Below, piece after piece: positions 38,373-51,100 of a DNA stretch of 64,000 nucleotides. The translations under genes and the position numbers were made by a program. Source of the DNA: Gemmatimonadota bacterium (GTDB lineage: Bacteria; Gemmatimonadota; Gemmatimonadetes; Gemmatimonadales; GWC2-71-9); the NCBI GenBank assembly GCA_036679645.1, contig JAZDCY010000063.1, positions 34,795 through 98,794 on the forward strand, in the 5' to 3' direction. The notes beneath the pieces were generated by a model. It was not told the origin of the DNA and searched no databases. It worked only from the letters and a program-made list of their open reading frames with translations. Position 1 is the first letter of the stretch. Each line of letters begins with the position of its first letter.

Positions 38373-40850
38373 ATGAAACGCGTCGTCCAAGTTGTTCTGG
38401 TTCCGTTGATTCTTCTCGCCTGTCAGGACGTGCCCGTCCCGACCGAAGTTGGACCGCCGCAGCTCGAAATCGTCGATGCGGCGCACGGCACCAACGGCAA
38501 CTCGCACTTCTTCTTCCTCCCCCCGATGGTGCCCGCGCCCATGCCCGGAGGCGTGTTCGATGCGACGCGATCGCCCAGCGTGGAGATCTGTCTGGTCGAC
38601 CAGGCGACCAACGCGTGCGCGGTGGCGCAGCCGGAGGGCTTCCCCATCCGGTTCACGATGGATGATGGCCCGGGTTCAGAGACCGTGCGGGTGAGTGCCG
38701 AGGATGAGCACTACATCGTCAACTGGCACACCGATCACTTCGCGCTGGACACCGACGCCACGTACCGCATCCGGGTGCTCGAGCCGGGCCCCCTGGGGTA
38801 TGCCGACGTCGACGTGGTAGGAAGCGGCAAGGAGTTGAAGAACGTGGATACGGATGAGTTTATTGGCCTCAAAGATGGCCGCACGCTCCCGATCAAGTTC
38901 CGGATCGAGGAGGGCTCGCCGTTCGTGGTGGACGAGAACGGCGGCTCGATTTCGGCGGCGGGCGGCGACGTGGTGGTCACGGTGCTGCCAGGGGCGGTCA
39001 CGGAAGCGGAGCCGGTGCCGGTAACGGTGGAAGAGCTGCCGGCCGAGGACCCGACGTTGCCCGAGGCCACCGGCCAGCTACCCGGAACGGTCTTCGACTT
39101 TGGGCCCGACGGGACGGTGTTCGACGTACCGGTAAAGATCACCGTCGCGTACGATCCCAGTACGATTCCCCCGGGGGTTCCCGAAGAGGGCTTGCGTCTC
39201 TTCAAGTTGGTTGACGGGCGCTGGCAGTTGCTCGACGGCATCGTCAATACCGTGGCAAAAACGGTCACTGCATCGACAATGTCCTTCAGCACGTTCGGGA
39301 CGCTCTCGATCTCGGTGTTCTGTTCGACGGCGTTTGACGACGTCACCTCATTTGGAACGTTTGCCGAGTCGTTTGATGCAGTCATCCCCGGTGGAACGAT
39401 CGAAGTGTGCGACGGCACGCACGTAGTAGAGGGCATGGTGATCGACGCGCCGGTCACGATCCAGCCGGAGACGGGCGCAGCACCGGTGATCCAGAACAAC
39501 ACTGACTCGGCCAGCTTCTGGGTTGACGGCGTAGTCACGGGAACAGTTCAATTCCAGAATCTGGCGTTCGATAATCAGTCCCCCGCGACGAGGAGCTACA
39601 GCATCCGGCCGCGGGGAACCTATGATCAGGTGATCGTGGACAACTCTACGTTCTCGGTCTCCCCAGTGGGGAGCGGCGGCGTCCGGGGCAGCGCGAGTAC
39701 TGTGTCAGGATCACGCATCACGGTACTGAACAGTTCGTTTGCCGGCGGTGCGTTCGCAGTCCTCGCAGACGGTGCCGTTCTCGACGTGAGCAACAGCACC
39801 TTCAACGACCAGACCGATCGTGCAGCCCAGTACCAGTTCGCCAGTGGCGTATTTCAGGGAAACACGATGACGAACTGTGGGGGCCTCGCGTGTGTTAGGC
39901 CGTTCCAATCAGACATTACGGTGATTGGGAACACCATTACAGGCGTCGGCCAATCGACTGCACTGTTCTCGTCCTCTTCTAACGTCGAATTCACCGACAA
40001 CGTCATGAGCGGCGATTTCACGTTCAGCGTGGTGCAATTGCAGGGGCAGTCGACCGGCCGTGTAGAGGGCAACACGATATCGGGGTGTAGCAGTCGCGGT
40101 TGCGTTCGTGTGCTCGGGGGGAACATCGATTTCATCAACAACCAACTGGCGGACGCCACCACCGGCGTCGATCCGTTCAATCACAACTTGATCCTCTTCA
40201 CGTCGGGCGCGACGGGGCGGATCGAGGGGAATACTATCGATGGATGTGGTGTGGGATCATGCATTCTTGTCGCCGGTGGGGCGGTGGTTCACGTAGTGTC
40301 AAACGACATCACGATCCATGAAGCTCATGGCACCCGCTTCGGGATCGATGGCTTCGGCGGCTTCGACCCGAATGACCCAGCATCCACCCCACCCACACTG
40401 TTCATCGAGGACAACACGATTGTTGGAGTTGGCGGCACGTCGGGAACGGATCCCGACAACCCCAATGCTTATGCGATCAAGGAATCTGGCATCAAGATCG
40501 AGAACGGCACGGCTACCGTGTTTCGCAACAGCGTGAGCAATGCCAGGGGCGGACTCCTGGCGGTGAATGGTGGAACGTTCACGGATGGCAGCGACAACGT
40601 CGTGGATCAGGTGTTGAGTGGATTGGCTTCGTTCAACCAGAGCTCCGCGACCATCCGCAGTAGCGATTTTACCAACTATCGCGTAGCCCTCGAGGGCGAG
40701 TTCGCGGCTGGGAGTCTGACGTGTAACTGGTGGGGCTCCATCCTGGGACCAGTCAACGCGCAGGGCGTCAACCAGGACGTCTTCACTCCCTGGGCCACGA
40801 CGCCGGTGGCGGGAACCTCGACCACAACGTGCTCCGGTGGACAACCATGA
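38373..40850 (+). CDS. Lipoprotein with ZU5-like domain and right-handed beta-helix (pectin lyase-like) repeats
   Basis: Lipobox LLAC; FGPDGTVFDVPVKITVAYD...SFSTF; GGTIEVCDGTH then repeated GNTI.GC; CNWWG end. Confidence 0.78.
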   Translation: MKRVVQVVLVPLILLACQDVPVPTEVGPPQLEIVDAAHGTNGNSHFFFLPPMVPAPMPGGVFDATRSPSVEICLVDQATNACAVAQPEGFPIRFTMDDGPGSETVRVSAEDEHYIVNWHTDHFALDTDATYRIRVLEPGPLGYADVDVVGSGKELKNVDTDEFIGLKDGRTLPIKFRIEEGSPFVVDENGGSISAAGGDVVVTVLPGAVTEAEPVPVTVEELPAEDPTLPEATGQLPGTVFDFGPDGTVFDVPVKITVAYDPSTIPPGVPEEGLRLFKLVDGRWQLLDGIVNTVAKTVTASTMSFSTFGTLSISVFCSTAFDDVTSFGTFAESFDAVIPGGTIEVCDGTHVVEGMVIDAPVTIQPETGAAPVIQNNTDSASFWVDGVVTGTVQFQNLAFDNQSPATRSYSIRPRGTYDQVIVDNSTFSVSPVGSGGVRGSASTVSGSRITVLNSSFAGGAFAVLADGAVLDVSNSTFNDQTDRAAQYQFASGVFQGNTMTNCGGLACVRPFQSDITVIGNTITGVGQSTALFSSSSNVEFTDNVMSGDFTFSVVQLQGQSTGRVEGNTISGCSSRGCVRVLGGNIDFINNQLADATTGVDPFNHNLILFTSGATGRIEGNTIDGCGVGSCILVAGGAVVHVVSNDITIHEAHGTRFGIDGFGGFDPNDPASTPPTLFIEDNTIVGVGGTSGTDPDNPNAYAIKESGIKIENGTATVFRNSVSNARGGLLAVNGGTFTDGSDNVVDQVLSGLASFNQSSATIRSSDFTNYRVALEGEFAAGSLTCNWWGSILGPVNAQGVNQDVFTPWATTPVAGTSTTTCSGGQP

Positions 40851-41104
40851 TCCGGTGGCGAACGGACGGTTCGGCGCCTTGATCGGCATCGGTGGGCACG
40901 CTGCTACCCCGGGGCTAGCCGGCAGAGGGATGACCCGCGCAGCTGGTTGAATCCGAGACCGTCGTCCGACCGCTGAGCCCCTTAGACCACCACTCGGCGG
41001 ACACCAGGCTCCGCTCGCCAACTGCCCGCTTCCGAACGCTTTACGGCCGCCCTACCTTCTGACCAGTGAGCAATGGAACGCGTCTTTCTCGGAGGTGGAC
41101 CGTG

Positions 41105-42418
41105 ATGCGTCGAGCCCTGCTGCTCCTCGCCCCGCTCGCACTCGGACTGCCGGCACACGCCGGCGCACAAGACCGGCCCACGGTGTACCGCATCCCGGTG
41201 AGCGGAACCATCGAGATGGGGATCGCGCCGTTCATCAAGCGCGCCCTCGCCGAGGCTGAGGAGGCCGGCGCGAGCGCCGCCATCCTCGACGTGAATACAC
41301 TCGGTGGGCGGGTGGACGCGGCACTCAATATCGTGGACGCCGTGACCCAGTCACGTATCCCCGTCTACGCCTTCGTGAATCCGCGAGCCATCTCCGCCGG
41401 TGCCCTGATTTCGGTCTCGACCCAAGGGGTCTACATGACTTCCGAGGCCTCGTTGGGCGCATCGACCGTGGTCGATGGCGGCGGCAACAAGGTCTCCGAG
41501 AAGGCGCAAAGCGTCATGCGTGCGCAGTTCCGCGCCCTAGCGGAGCGGCGCGGCATCGACCCGCGCATCGGCGAGGCCATGGTCGACGAGACCATTGCCA
41601 TCGACGGCGTGATCGAGGCCGGGAAGCTGCTGACCCTCACCGCACACGAGGCAGAACGGGTCGGTTACGCCACAGAGGCAGACACCTTCGCGGACGTGCT
41701 GGCCGACCTCGGCCTCGAAGGGGCGGAGATCGTGACACCCACCGCCAACTGGGCAGAGGCCCTCGTCCGGTTTCTGTCGAACCCGGTGGTGGCGCCGCTG
41801 CTCCTCTCGATGGGGGTGCTCGGTATCATGATCGAGATCAAGACCCCCTCGTTCGGGCTCGCCGGCACCGTGGGCTTGGGGTCGCTCGCAGCGTTCTTTG
41901 GCGCCCACCTCATCGTCGGGCTCGCCGGCCTGGAGGAGATGATTCTGCTGGGGATCGGGCTCATCGCTCTCCTCGTCGAGGTGTTCGTCGTCCCGGGGTT
42001 CGGATTCGCCGGGCTGATAGCCATCGTGACCATAGGTGCCGGCGTCTTCCTGGCCCTGCTCGGGAATCTCCCGACCTGGCCGGACATAGCCCGCGCCATG
42101 GGGATCATCGCCTTCTCGATCATGATCGTGATCGCGGCGGTCTACAGCATCGTGCGAAAGCTCCCTACCAGTGCGCGCTGGACGGGTATCTTCCTGCGGA
42201 CCGCAACAGCCCGCGACGAGGGATACGTCTCCGGCACAGTGCGTGACGATCTCATCGGAATTGAGGGCATTGCCGTTACGGACCTCCACCCATCCGGGAC
42301 GGGCGTGTTCGGGAGCGAGCGGCTCGACGTCGTTTGCGAGTCCGGTTTCGTTGCGCAGGGCGGCCGCATCCGTATTGTTCGGTCGGAGGGATACCGGCAC
42401 GTCGTCCTGCCGGCATGA
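41105..42418 (+). CDS. nfeD: NfeD family membrane-bound serine protease (long form)
   Basis: NTLGGRVD, AISAGALI, SEK (Ser-Lys dyad), TM domain, C-terminal TDLHPSG OB domain. Confidence 0.92.
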   Translation: MRRALLLLAPLALGLPAHAGAQDRPTVYRIPVSGTIEMGIAPFIKRALAEAEEAGASAAILDVNTLGGRVDAALNIVDAVTQSRIPVYAFVNPRAISAGALISVSTQGVYMTSEASLGASTVVDGGGNKVSEKAQSVMRAQFRALAERRGIDPRIGEAMVDETIAIDGVIEAGKLLTLTAHEAERVGYATEADTFADVLADLGLEGAEIVTPTANWAEALVRFLSNPVVAPLLLSMGVLGIMIEIKTPSFGLAGTVGLGSLAAFFGAHLIVGLAGLEEMILLGIGLIALLVEVFVVPGFGFAGLIAIVTIGAGVFLALLGNLPTWPDIARAMGIIAFSIMIVIAAVYSIVRKLPTSARWTGIFLRTATARDEGYVSGTVRDDLIGIEGIAVTDLHPSGTGVFGSERLDVVCESGFVAQGGRIRIVRSEGYRHVVLPA

Positions 42419-42450
42419 CGCGTAGCCGACTACTTGGAAAGGATTAGCAT

Positions 42451-43443
42451 ATGCCCGACCTGGGCCCGATTCTCATCGTCGGTATCATCGTGGTGGCGCT
42501 CGTTGCCTTCAGCGCTTTTGTCTACTTCGTACCGGTCGGCCTCTGGATCAAGGCGCTCGCGGCGGATGTGTACGTCGGGTTGAGGAACCTGATCGGCATG
42601 CGGCTGCGCGGCGTCAATCCCGGAGCCGTGGTCCTCCCGCTGATCTCGGCCCGCAAAGCTGGTCTCGAGCTGAGCACCGATCCGCTGGAAGCGCACTTCC
42701 TCGCCGGCGGCGACGTCGACCGCGTCGTGCGCGCGCTCATCTCGGCCGACAAAGCCGGCATAGAATTGCCGTTCAACCGCGCGGCCGCCATCGACCTCGC
42801 CGGGCGCGATGTGCTCGAGGCGGTTCAGGTCTCGGTGAACCCCAAGGTGATCCAGACGCCCAAGGTCGCCGCCATGGCCAAGAACGGAATTCAGCTCATC
42901 GCGATCGCCCGCGTCACGGTGCGCGCCAACATCAATCGCCTCGTCGGCGGAGCCGGGGAAGAGACGATTCTCGCCCGAGTCGGCGAGGGCATCGTGTCCA
43001 CGATCGGGTCATCCGAGTCGCACAAGAGGGTGCTCGAGAACCCGGACGCGATCTCCAAGACGGTCCTCGCGAAGGGACTCGATAGCGGCACGGCGTTCGA
43101 GATCCTGTCGATCGATATCGCCGACGTGGACGTCGGCAAGAACATCGGCGCGGAACTCCAGACCGATCAGGCCGAGGCCGACAAGCGGATCGCACAGGCC
43201 AAGGCGGAGGAACGGCGGGCAATGGCGGTGGCGACCGAGCAGGAGATGAAGGCAAGGGTGCAGGAGATGCGCGCCAAGGTCGTCGAGGCCGAGGCGCAGG
43301 TGCCACTTGCGATATCCCAGGCGTTCAGGGACGGGAACCTGGGGGTAATGGACTACATCAAGTATCGCAACGTGGAGAGCGACACGACCATGCGGCAGAG
43401 CATCGCCAAGGGCGGTACGCCGGACACCGTGCAGGACAAGTAG
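42451..43443 (+). CDS. floA: Flotillin-like protein FloA (YqfA family)
   Basis: [54 protein letters not shown]. Confidence 0.95.
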   Translation: MPDLGPILIVGIIVVALVAFSAFVYFVPVGLWIKALAADVYVGLRNLIGMRLRGVNPGAVVLPLISARKAGLELSTDPLEAHFLAGGDVDRVVRALISADKAGIELPFNRAAAIDLAGRDVLEAVQVSVNPKVIQTPKVAAMAKNGIQLIAIARVTVRANINRLVGGAGEETILARVGEGIVSTIGSSESHKRVLENPDAISKTVLAKGLDSGTAFEILSIDIADVDVGKNIGAELQTDQAEADKRIAQAKAEERRAMAVATEQEMKARVQEMRAKVVEAEAQVPLAISQAFRDGNLGVMDYIKYRNVESDTTMRQSIAKGGTPDTVQDK

Positions 43444-43444
43444 G

Positions 43445-43936
43445 GTGGACGACTTCGTCCAGCTGTTGATTGCGGCGATCGTCGCGATCGGATGGATGTT
43501 CGGGGCCAAGAAAAAGAAGGGACCGACCCCGGATCGGACCTCCCCGCCGGCATCCCGCAAGGGCGTCCCCGACCGGTCGGGGACGGTGACGGCACAGGAT
43601 ATCGAGCGCATCCTGCGGATGGAAATACCGGGCATACAGGTAGAGGAGGAGCCCGAAGCGGAACTCGAACCCGAGCTGGTGCAGCAGCTGCCTACGCCAC
43701 TGATCCCGGCCCCGACCGCCGTCCCCGAGTCATCGTGGCAGGCCGGCATTCGCCGCTCGGCCCTAACCGTTGAGACGCTGGAGAGTGCTGGCGCGGCAAG
43801 ACACGAGCGGTTCCACCAGATGTACGTGGACCGCCCCGCAGACACCCCCGAGACGGGGACCGGGCCAAGTATGGATGAGGTCCGGCGGGCGATCATCTGG
43901 AAGGAGATCCTGGATCCGCCGGTGAGCTCGCGATAG
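43445..43936 (+). CDS. Hypothetical protein, YqfB-like third gene of the nfeD-floA operon
   Basis: N-terminal TM, low-complexity middle, C-terminal [13 protein letters not shown]. Confidence 0.65.
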   Translation: MDDFVQLLIAAIVAIGWMFGAKKKKGPTPDRTSPPASRKGVPDRSGTVTAQDIERILRMEIPGIQVEEEPEAELEPELVQQLPTPLIPAPTAVPESSWQAGIRRSALTVETLESAGAARHERFHQMYVDRPADTPETGTGPSMDEVRRAIIWKEILDPPVSSR

Positions 43937-43995
43937 GGCGGACGGGCGGGGGACCTCACGCCTTCCCGCCTTCCCGCCCTCTTATATTTCCACGA

Positions 43996-45195
<1,200 letters not shown>

Positions 45196-45197
45196 CC

Positions 45198-45226
45198 TTG
45201 ACGTAAGTTGTTTTTTTACTTACTGT
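45198..45226 (+). promoter_or_regulatory. Putative sigma70 promoter of the rne/rng gene
   Basis: TTGACG-N17-TACTGT in an AT-rich patch. Confidence 0.6.
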
Positions 45227-45399
45227 TACACCTGTGACTTATAGTACTTTACTAGTTGTGAGCCGTGTGCGGCGCCCTGAGAGCAGGATGCTCGCCCCAC
45301 GTTCATCGCCCGGGCCGCTGGCTGGCTCGGCCGACGCGTATGGGGCGCTTTTTGTGCCCGCGCACCGCGCACCGCTCACTGCGCACGAGGCAATGCATT

Positions 45400-46950
45400 T
45401 TGAAAAGAGAAATTCTCATCTCCGGATCGCAGCGCGAGACCCGCGTGGCGATCCTGGAGGACGACCGTCTGGTCGAATTACTGGTAGACCGCCCGGAGCT
45501 TTCCCGGTCGGTCGGGAACATCTATCGCGGGAAGGTCGAGGCCGTCCTTCCCGGCATCCAGGCCGCTTTTGTTGACGTAGGGGCCCAAAAGAGCGCCTTT
45601 CTGCACGCGTCGGACCTCATCGAGCCCGACGACGACGACGACCTGGACGAAGACGACAACGGCAACAAGGGTGGCGGTCCCAGAGGCAAGGGCCGGCTCC
45701 CGAACATCCAGGACACGGTCAAGCGCGGCGAGACCATCCTGGTCCAGGTGACCAAGGAGCCCATCAGCACCAAGGGCTCCCGCGTCACAACGCAGATCTC
45801 CCTCCCTGGTCGATACCTGGTGTACCTGCCGTTCGCCTCGAGGGTCGGGGTGAGCCGGAAAATCGAGGCGCGAGAGGAGCGCGCCCGGCTGCGCAAGATC
45901 GTGAAGGATCTGCTCCCGCGCACGAAGGCACCGGGCGGGGTCATCGTCCGCACGGTGGCGGAAAACGCCGATCGCGACCAGTTGAAGCGGGAGCTGAAGG
46001 GGTTGCTGAACGTTTGGCGCAAGATCAAACGCAAGGCGACATTCGTGCGGCCACCGTCCCTCGTCCAGCGAGAGGCTTCGCTCACCGGCGGCATCATCCG
46101 CGATCTCTTCAGCGAGAAGGTCGATCGCCTCTGGGTCGATTCCAAACGCGTCTACAACGAGATCACGGCGTATCTGGAGCCGCTCGACCCCGATCTGCTC
46201 GAGCGCACGACGCTTTATGCAGGCGACAAGGTGTCGCTCTTCGACAAGTTCGAGATCGAGGACGAGATCGCGACGCTGCATCAGCGGCGCGCCGATCTGC
46301 CGACGGGCGGGTACGTCATCATCGAGCTGACCGAGGCGCTGGTTTCGATCGACGTCAACACAGGGCGCTATACCGGCAAGAAGGACCCCGAGAAGACAAT
46401 TCTCCGCACCAACCTCGAGGCCGCCCGCGAGATCGCGCGCCAGCTCCGGCTGCGGGACATGGGCGGCATCATCGTGATCGATTTCATCGACATGGAGGTG
46501 CAGGGGAACCGCGACAAGGTACTCCGCGAGCTGCGGACCCACCTCGGCAGGGACCGGGCTCGGACGCGGGCCTTCGAGGTCTCGGATCTCGGATTGATCC
46601 AGATGACGCGCCAGCGGGTGCGCCCCTCGTTGTGGCAGTCGATGACCGAGGTCTGCCCGGCGTGCGCGGGTACGGGCCGGGTCTTCAAGCCCGAGGTGGT
46701 GGTGGGCAAACTCGAGCGGACGCTCCGCCGCATGGCCCACTCGACGCGGGAGCGCCAGTTCACGGTCCGGCTTCACCCGGAGGTGGCTTTGTTCCTTTAT
46801 GAGGAGGAGCCCGATCTTCTCAAGAACATCGCCAAGGCCACGAAGCTCGATCTCGATGTCCGCGACGACCCCATCATGGCTGTCGACGAGTTCCGACTGG
46901 TGTCGATGCCGGCGGGCCGGGACGTGACGGAGAAATATCTAGTGGCGTGA
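45400..46950 (+). CDS. Rne/Rng family ribonuclease (RNase G-length)
   Basis: GNIYRGKV..VLPGIQAAFVD S1 domain, QVTKEPISTKG, IDVNTG, LRDMGGIIVIDFIDM, CPACAGTG; TTG start. Confidence 0.95.
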   Translation: MKREILISGSQRETRVAILEDDRLVELLVDRPELSRSVGNIYRGKVEAVLPGIQAAFVDVGAQKSAFLHASDLIEPDDDDDLDEDDNGNKGGGPRGKGRLPNIQDTVKRGETILVQVTKEPISTKGSRVTTQISLPGRYLVYLPFASRVGVSRKIEAREERARLRKIVKDLLPRTKAPGGVIVRTVAENADRDQLKRELKGLLNVWRKIKRKATFVRPPSLVQREASLTGGIIRDLFSEKVDRLWVDSKRVYNEITAYLEPLDPDLLERTTLYAGDKVSLFDKFEIEDEIATLHQRRADLPTGGYVIIELTEALVSIDVNTGRYTGKKDPEKTILRTNLEAAREIARQLRLRDMGGIIVIDFIDMEVQGNRDKVLRELRTHLGRDRARTRAFEVSDLGLIQMTRQRVRPSLWQSMTEVCPACAGTGRVFKPEVVVGKLERTLRRMAHSTRERQFTVRLHPEVALFLYEEEPDLLKNIAKATKLDLDVRDDPIMAVDEFRLVSMPAGRDVTEKYLVA

Positions 46951-47017
46951 GGGGCGCACGCCGTGCGCCCCCACACCTCTTGACCCATCCGCCAGAGTCT
47001 AAGTAGGTTCCCCGTCT

Positions 47018-47338
47018 ATGTCTTACGCGATTTTTCGGGCCAAGGGACAGCAGTTCCGGGCCGAGAAGGGCAGAACGCTGAAGATGCCCCTCATGGAGGG
47101 GGATCCGGGCGACAAGTTGACGTTCGACGAGGTGTTGTTGTCGGGTACGGACAAGAGCACCCATGCCGGCACGCCACTGGTGAAGGGCGCCAAGGTCACG
47201 GCCGAGATCGTCGACCACCTACAGGGCAAGAAGTTCTACGTATTCAAGTTCAAGCGGCGGAAGAACTACCGGAAGAAGACCGGGCACCGGCAGATGTATA
47301 CGGAGATCCGGGTTACGGGAGTGACGGTCGGAGGGTAG
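47018..47338 (+). CDS. rplU: 50S ribosomal protein L21
   Basis: YAIF...GQQF, KFKRRKNYRKKTGHRQ. Confidence 0.97.
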   Translation: MSYAIFRAKGQQFRAEKGRTLKMPLMEGDPGDKLTFDEVLLSGTDKSTHAGTPLVKGAKVTAEIVDHLQGKKFYVFKFKRRKNYRKKTGHRQMYTEIRVTGVTVGG

Positions 47339-47347
47339 GTAGCAACG

Positions 47348-47614
47348 ATGGCTCACAAAAAAGGTGTAGGTTCCAGCCGCAACGGTCGCGACTCCAAGCC
47401 GAAGTATTTGGGCGTGAAGCTCTATGGTGGCCAGCGCGCCAGGGCGGGGAACATCCTCGTGCGGCAGCGCGGCACCAAGTTTCATCCGGGTAAGAATGTG
47501 GGCCGCGCCAGGGACGATTCGTTATTCGCGCTGATCGACGGGTTCGTGAAGTTCGAGCGGAAGGACAAGAAGAGGCAGAAGGTGAGCGTGTATCCGGTGG
47601 CAATGACGGGATAG
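47348..47614 (+). CDS. rpmA: 50S ribosomal protein L27
   Basis: [26 protein letters not shown]. Confidence 0.98.
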   Translation: MAHKKGVGSSRNGRDSKPKYLGVKLYGGQRARAGNILVRQRGTKFHPGKNVGRARDDSLFALIDGFVKFERKDKKRQKVSVYPVAMTG

Positions 47615-47620
47615 CGGCGG

Positions 47621-47690
47621 AGGACGGCGAAAGACTGCAGAGGACGGCGGACGGGAGCGATGGACGGTGAAGGATGGCGGCGGACGGCGA
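47621..47690 (+). repeat. Degenerate 10-nt tandem array (consensus aGGACGGCGr, ~7 units)
   Basis: aggacggcga aagactgcag aggacggcgg acgggagcga tggacggtga aggatggcgg cggacggcga. Confidence 0.75.
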
Positions 47691-47712
47691 ACGTTGTCCG
47701 CCGTTTTGCTTT
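47676..47712 (+). terminator. Probable intrinsic terminator after rpmA
   Basis: ggcggac...gtccgcc stem followed by gttttgcttt. Confidence 0.55.
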
Positions 47713-48080
47713 CACCTCGTTTTCGATCGAGTGTCCAGTGACTTATAGAGTCGCCAAGTCAACGAACCAGCACGCGCCTGCTGGGCGTGGAGTGCTTCCC
47801 AGTCCTCCCTCGTGATGTACTCCAGGTCCCTCACCAGGATCAGCTGATGCTGCAATTCTGCCAATGACGCACGGGCGATGTCGAGGTAACGGCGAAACTC
47901 GGCGGGACCCCGCTTGACACTGCCCTCGGCGATGTTCGATGGAACCGAGACCGCGGCCCGGCGCATCTGTGACGTGATGCCGTAGAGCTCGTGCTTGGGG
48001 AAGGACTTGGTGACTCGATAGACGGCCAGCACGAGTTGATGAGACTCTCGCCAAGCCAACAGCCGCTCGAATGGAGACAT
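47712..48080 (-). CDS. Four-helix-bundle protein (23S rRNA IVP / bAvd-like family)
   Basis: FERLLAW, FPKHELYGITSQMRRAAVSVPSNIAEG, IARASLAEL. Confidence 0.93.
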   Translation of the reverse strand: MSPFERLLAWRESHQLVLAVYRVTKSFPKHELYGITSQMRRAAVSVPSNIAEGSVKRGPAEFRRYLDIARASLAELQHQLILVRDLEYITREDWEALHAQQARAGSLTWRLYKSLDTRSKTR

Positions 48081-48150
48081 GGCGGCAATATTCTACTCGC
48101 CCTGCCTTTGTCGTCACCAAGAGAACGCGGGAGTGTCCAAAAACACTCCT

Positions 48151-48187
48151 TTCACCGTCCTTCGCCGCCCTCCGCCGTCTCCTACCG
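48151..48187 (-). repeat. Inverted copy of the 10-nt array on the other side of the four-helix-bundle gene
   Basis: Reverse complement reads agacggcgga gggcggcgaa ggacggtgaa. Confidence 0.7.
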
Positions 48188-51100
48188 TTGCAGTTTTGGT
48201 GGTCGCACTTCGGACATGGTCGTGCTCGTACCGCCCGCCGATGATGCTCGAATCTGGAACGGGTTGTTCTGAACCACGGCAACGGGTCCCAACCTGATGT
48301 CGATGGTGCCGAGACCCAGGAACCCTTCCGAATTATCCCCCCAACAGTACATCGCCCCGTCGCTTGCTCGCGCACCACACGAATGGCTCCGAGCGGGAGC
48401 TACCTCCGCAAACGGGCCTGCCGAGGCAAACGCCGATGGTGTCAAAGCATTCGTCTGCGATCCATTCCCCACCTGCCCAAAGGGGTTATTTCCCCAGCAA
48501 CTTGATCTTGAACACGAGTGTCCCTCGAAAGTGCCCGACGAGACGCCCAAAAGGGTACCGTTAGCGAAACCGCTAAGGACGAACCTCGGAGTGTTGGAGG
48601 ACTGGATGGTTCCATCGCCAAACTGACCTCCAGCGTTTCCGCCCCAGCAGTAAATCACAGGGCTGCCGTCAACCCCGTTTGCGCACGAATACTGGAAGCC
48701 CAAAGCAACCTCTAGGAACAAGTTCCCTGCACTTATCCGAACTGGAAGGCTACTCGACGCGCCTGATCCACTCGTGCCATTCCCTAGCTCGCCAACGCCA
48801 TTGAACCCCCAACAATCAACGAACTCCCCACCAGCGCCAACCGAGTCTCCCACCGAGCACGTATGGAAGGCCCCGGCCGAAACGTCCTCGGCACCGTTCC
48901 CCCAAGGACCGGTCCCCGCCGGATTCCAGACCCGGACCGGAACGTTGCTGGTGGTGGTAGTTCCATCTCCAAGCTGGCCGTTTGAGTTGCCGCCCCAACA
49001 CCACAGCTTCCGACTTCCGTCTATCCCGCACGTATGGCGGAGTCCCGCCGAGATGTTGGTCCACTTCCCCGGGAGCACTACTGGGATCGATGACGAGGTG
49101 AAGCTCCCGATTCCAAGCTGCCCATCCCCGTTTGCGCCCCAGCACCAGGCAGTGCTGTCGCTAGTTCTCACAGCGCACGTGTGTCTATCGCCAGCATCGA
49201 GAAGCACAGTTGACGCGCCAAGGGTACCTGAAACGGTGACGGGTCCAGCCGTACCTACGAACGATCCGTTCCCAATCTGGCCGTCTGACCCCTCACCCCA
49301 ACACTCGATCACCCCGACGGTTGTGTTTCTCGCGCATGTGTGTCTGGTGCCAGACGTCACGCTGGTGTAGCCGTCCGTGGAGACCAGCTGGGGGCTGCTC
49401 GTAAGCGTGGTCGCATCGCCGAGCTGCCCGTTACTCGCCCGGCCCCAGCAGCTTGCGTTACCGTCGGTGTCGATGGCGCAGGAGTGGTAGCCTCCAGCCG
49501 CAACCGAAACACCGGACGCTGCGAACCCGCTGACCGCGACCGGGGTCGTTACATCCGTCGTGCCACCGGACCCAAGCCTGCCGAATTCCCCCTGACCCCA
49601 GCATCGCACCTGGTTCGTGGTGGTGACGCCACAGGCGTGGTTCCCCCCATCAGAGAGCTTCTCCCAGCTCAACCCACCGGAAACCAGCAGCGGGCTATTC
49701 GTGCTCGATCCGCTGCCCCACCCTGAGACCGCGCCCGTACCCCAACAATAGGCGGAGGCATTGTCCATGATTGCGCACGTGTGGTTTCCGCCCGCCTCGA
49801 TGTCCTGGAACGTTCGCAACGGGACTGACGTGACGGCGATGGGGATGTTCGACTGGCTATTTGTCCCGTCACCGAGCTGCCCACTAAAGTTATTGCCCCA
49901 GCAGAATGCGGTGCCCAGCAGATCCACAGCGCATGAGTGGGTGCCGCCGGCCGCGACGCCGATGAAGACCCGGGCATCCGAAATCTGGGTCGGGCTCGGG
50001 CTGAAGGCAGTGCCTCCGTTGCCGAGCTGTCCGTTGAAACCAGCTCCCCAGCAGTAGATCCCACCGCCGCTGACTTCGAGTCCGCATGTATGGAAGCTGC
50101 CGGCGCTGATCTGCGAGAAGGCGAGTCCGCCGCTTACGAGAACCGGAGCGTCACTGCTCGTGAACCCGCCGTTGCCGAGCTGGCCCGATGAGCCCAGTCC
50201 CCAGCAGTAGGCATCACCGCCCTCGACAACACCGCAGGTGTGCTTGTCCCCGGCACTCAAATCGATGAACGTGAGCCCGCCCATTACATCGACCGGCGTG
50301 GTACTCGTGTTCTGCGTTCCGTCACCTAGCTGGCCTACGTTGTTCGAGCCCCAACACTGCGCGCCGCCGTCGACGCTGATGGCGCAGGAGTGGAATTCGC
50401 CCGCCGTGATGGACGTCCCTATCGAAGTCTGCTCTATTGTGACGCGCGCCATCAAGCGTGGCGTGCCGCGATCGGTCTTGTTGATCTGGAGGCGCCAGTC
50501 CCCGAGGGTCGGTATGACCTCGCCGGACACTTCGGGTGTGGCAAAACCGGCACCATCGAGATTGCCGTTGCAACAGGTCCCGACATTGTCCGTCCAAAAA
50601 ATGTTCAGGTCGGCTGCCGTCTGCCACTCGAGCGTCACGCGCAGCGCGAGATTGCTCGCCGACGGATTCACGGCCCAATAGTGGTCATCGATTCCGTTGG
50701 GCAGCGTGGCGTTCGGGTCGCCCCCGTCATCTTCGAGGCTGACGAACATCACGATGGGGAAAGACACGCCGGCGATTTCAAGGGCCGTACTGACGTCACG
50801 CCGGTCGAACCCGGTGACGACGGATAGGTTCGCCGTCTGCATGAAGTCGTTCGGGCCCTGATTGAAGACCTCGATCTGCTGGGTCCCGACCGGGACATCG
50901 GGAATTCGGAAAATAATCGAGTCGAGCGACTGAAAATCGATCCACGGTTCCTCCCCACTCACGAGCACTAACTCGTCGCCGTCCCACGGGACGTTTCCAG
51001 GAATCATCCTGACCGGATCGGCAAAGGCGCCGGTGCCGGTCACCACGACGGACCCGGTAAACCCAAAGTTGGCATCGACAGGGACGAGATCCGTTGCTCC

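Noticed and set aside
47712..48400. Diversity-generating retroelement (Avd-like gene next to a large surface protein)
   Set aside because: No reverse transcriptase and no TR/VR pair differing at adenines seen in the window
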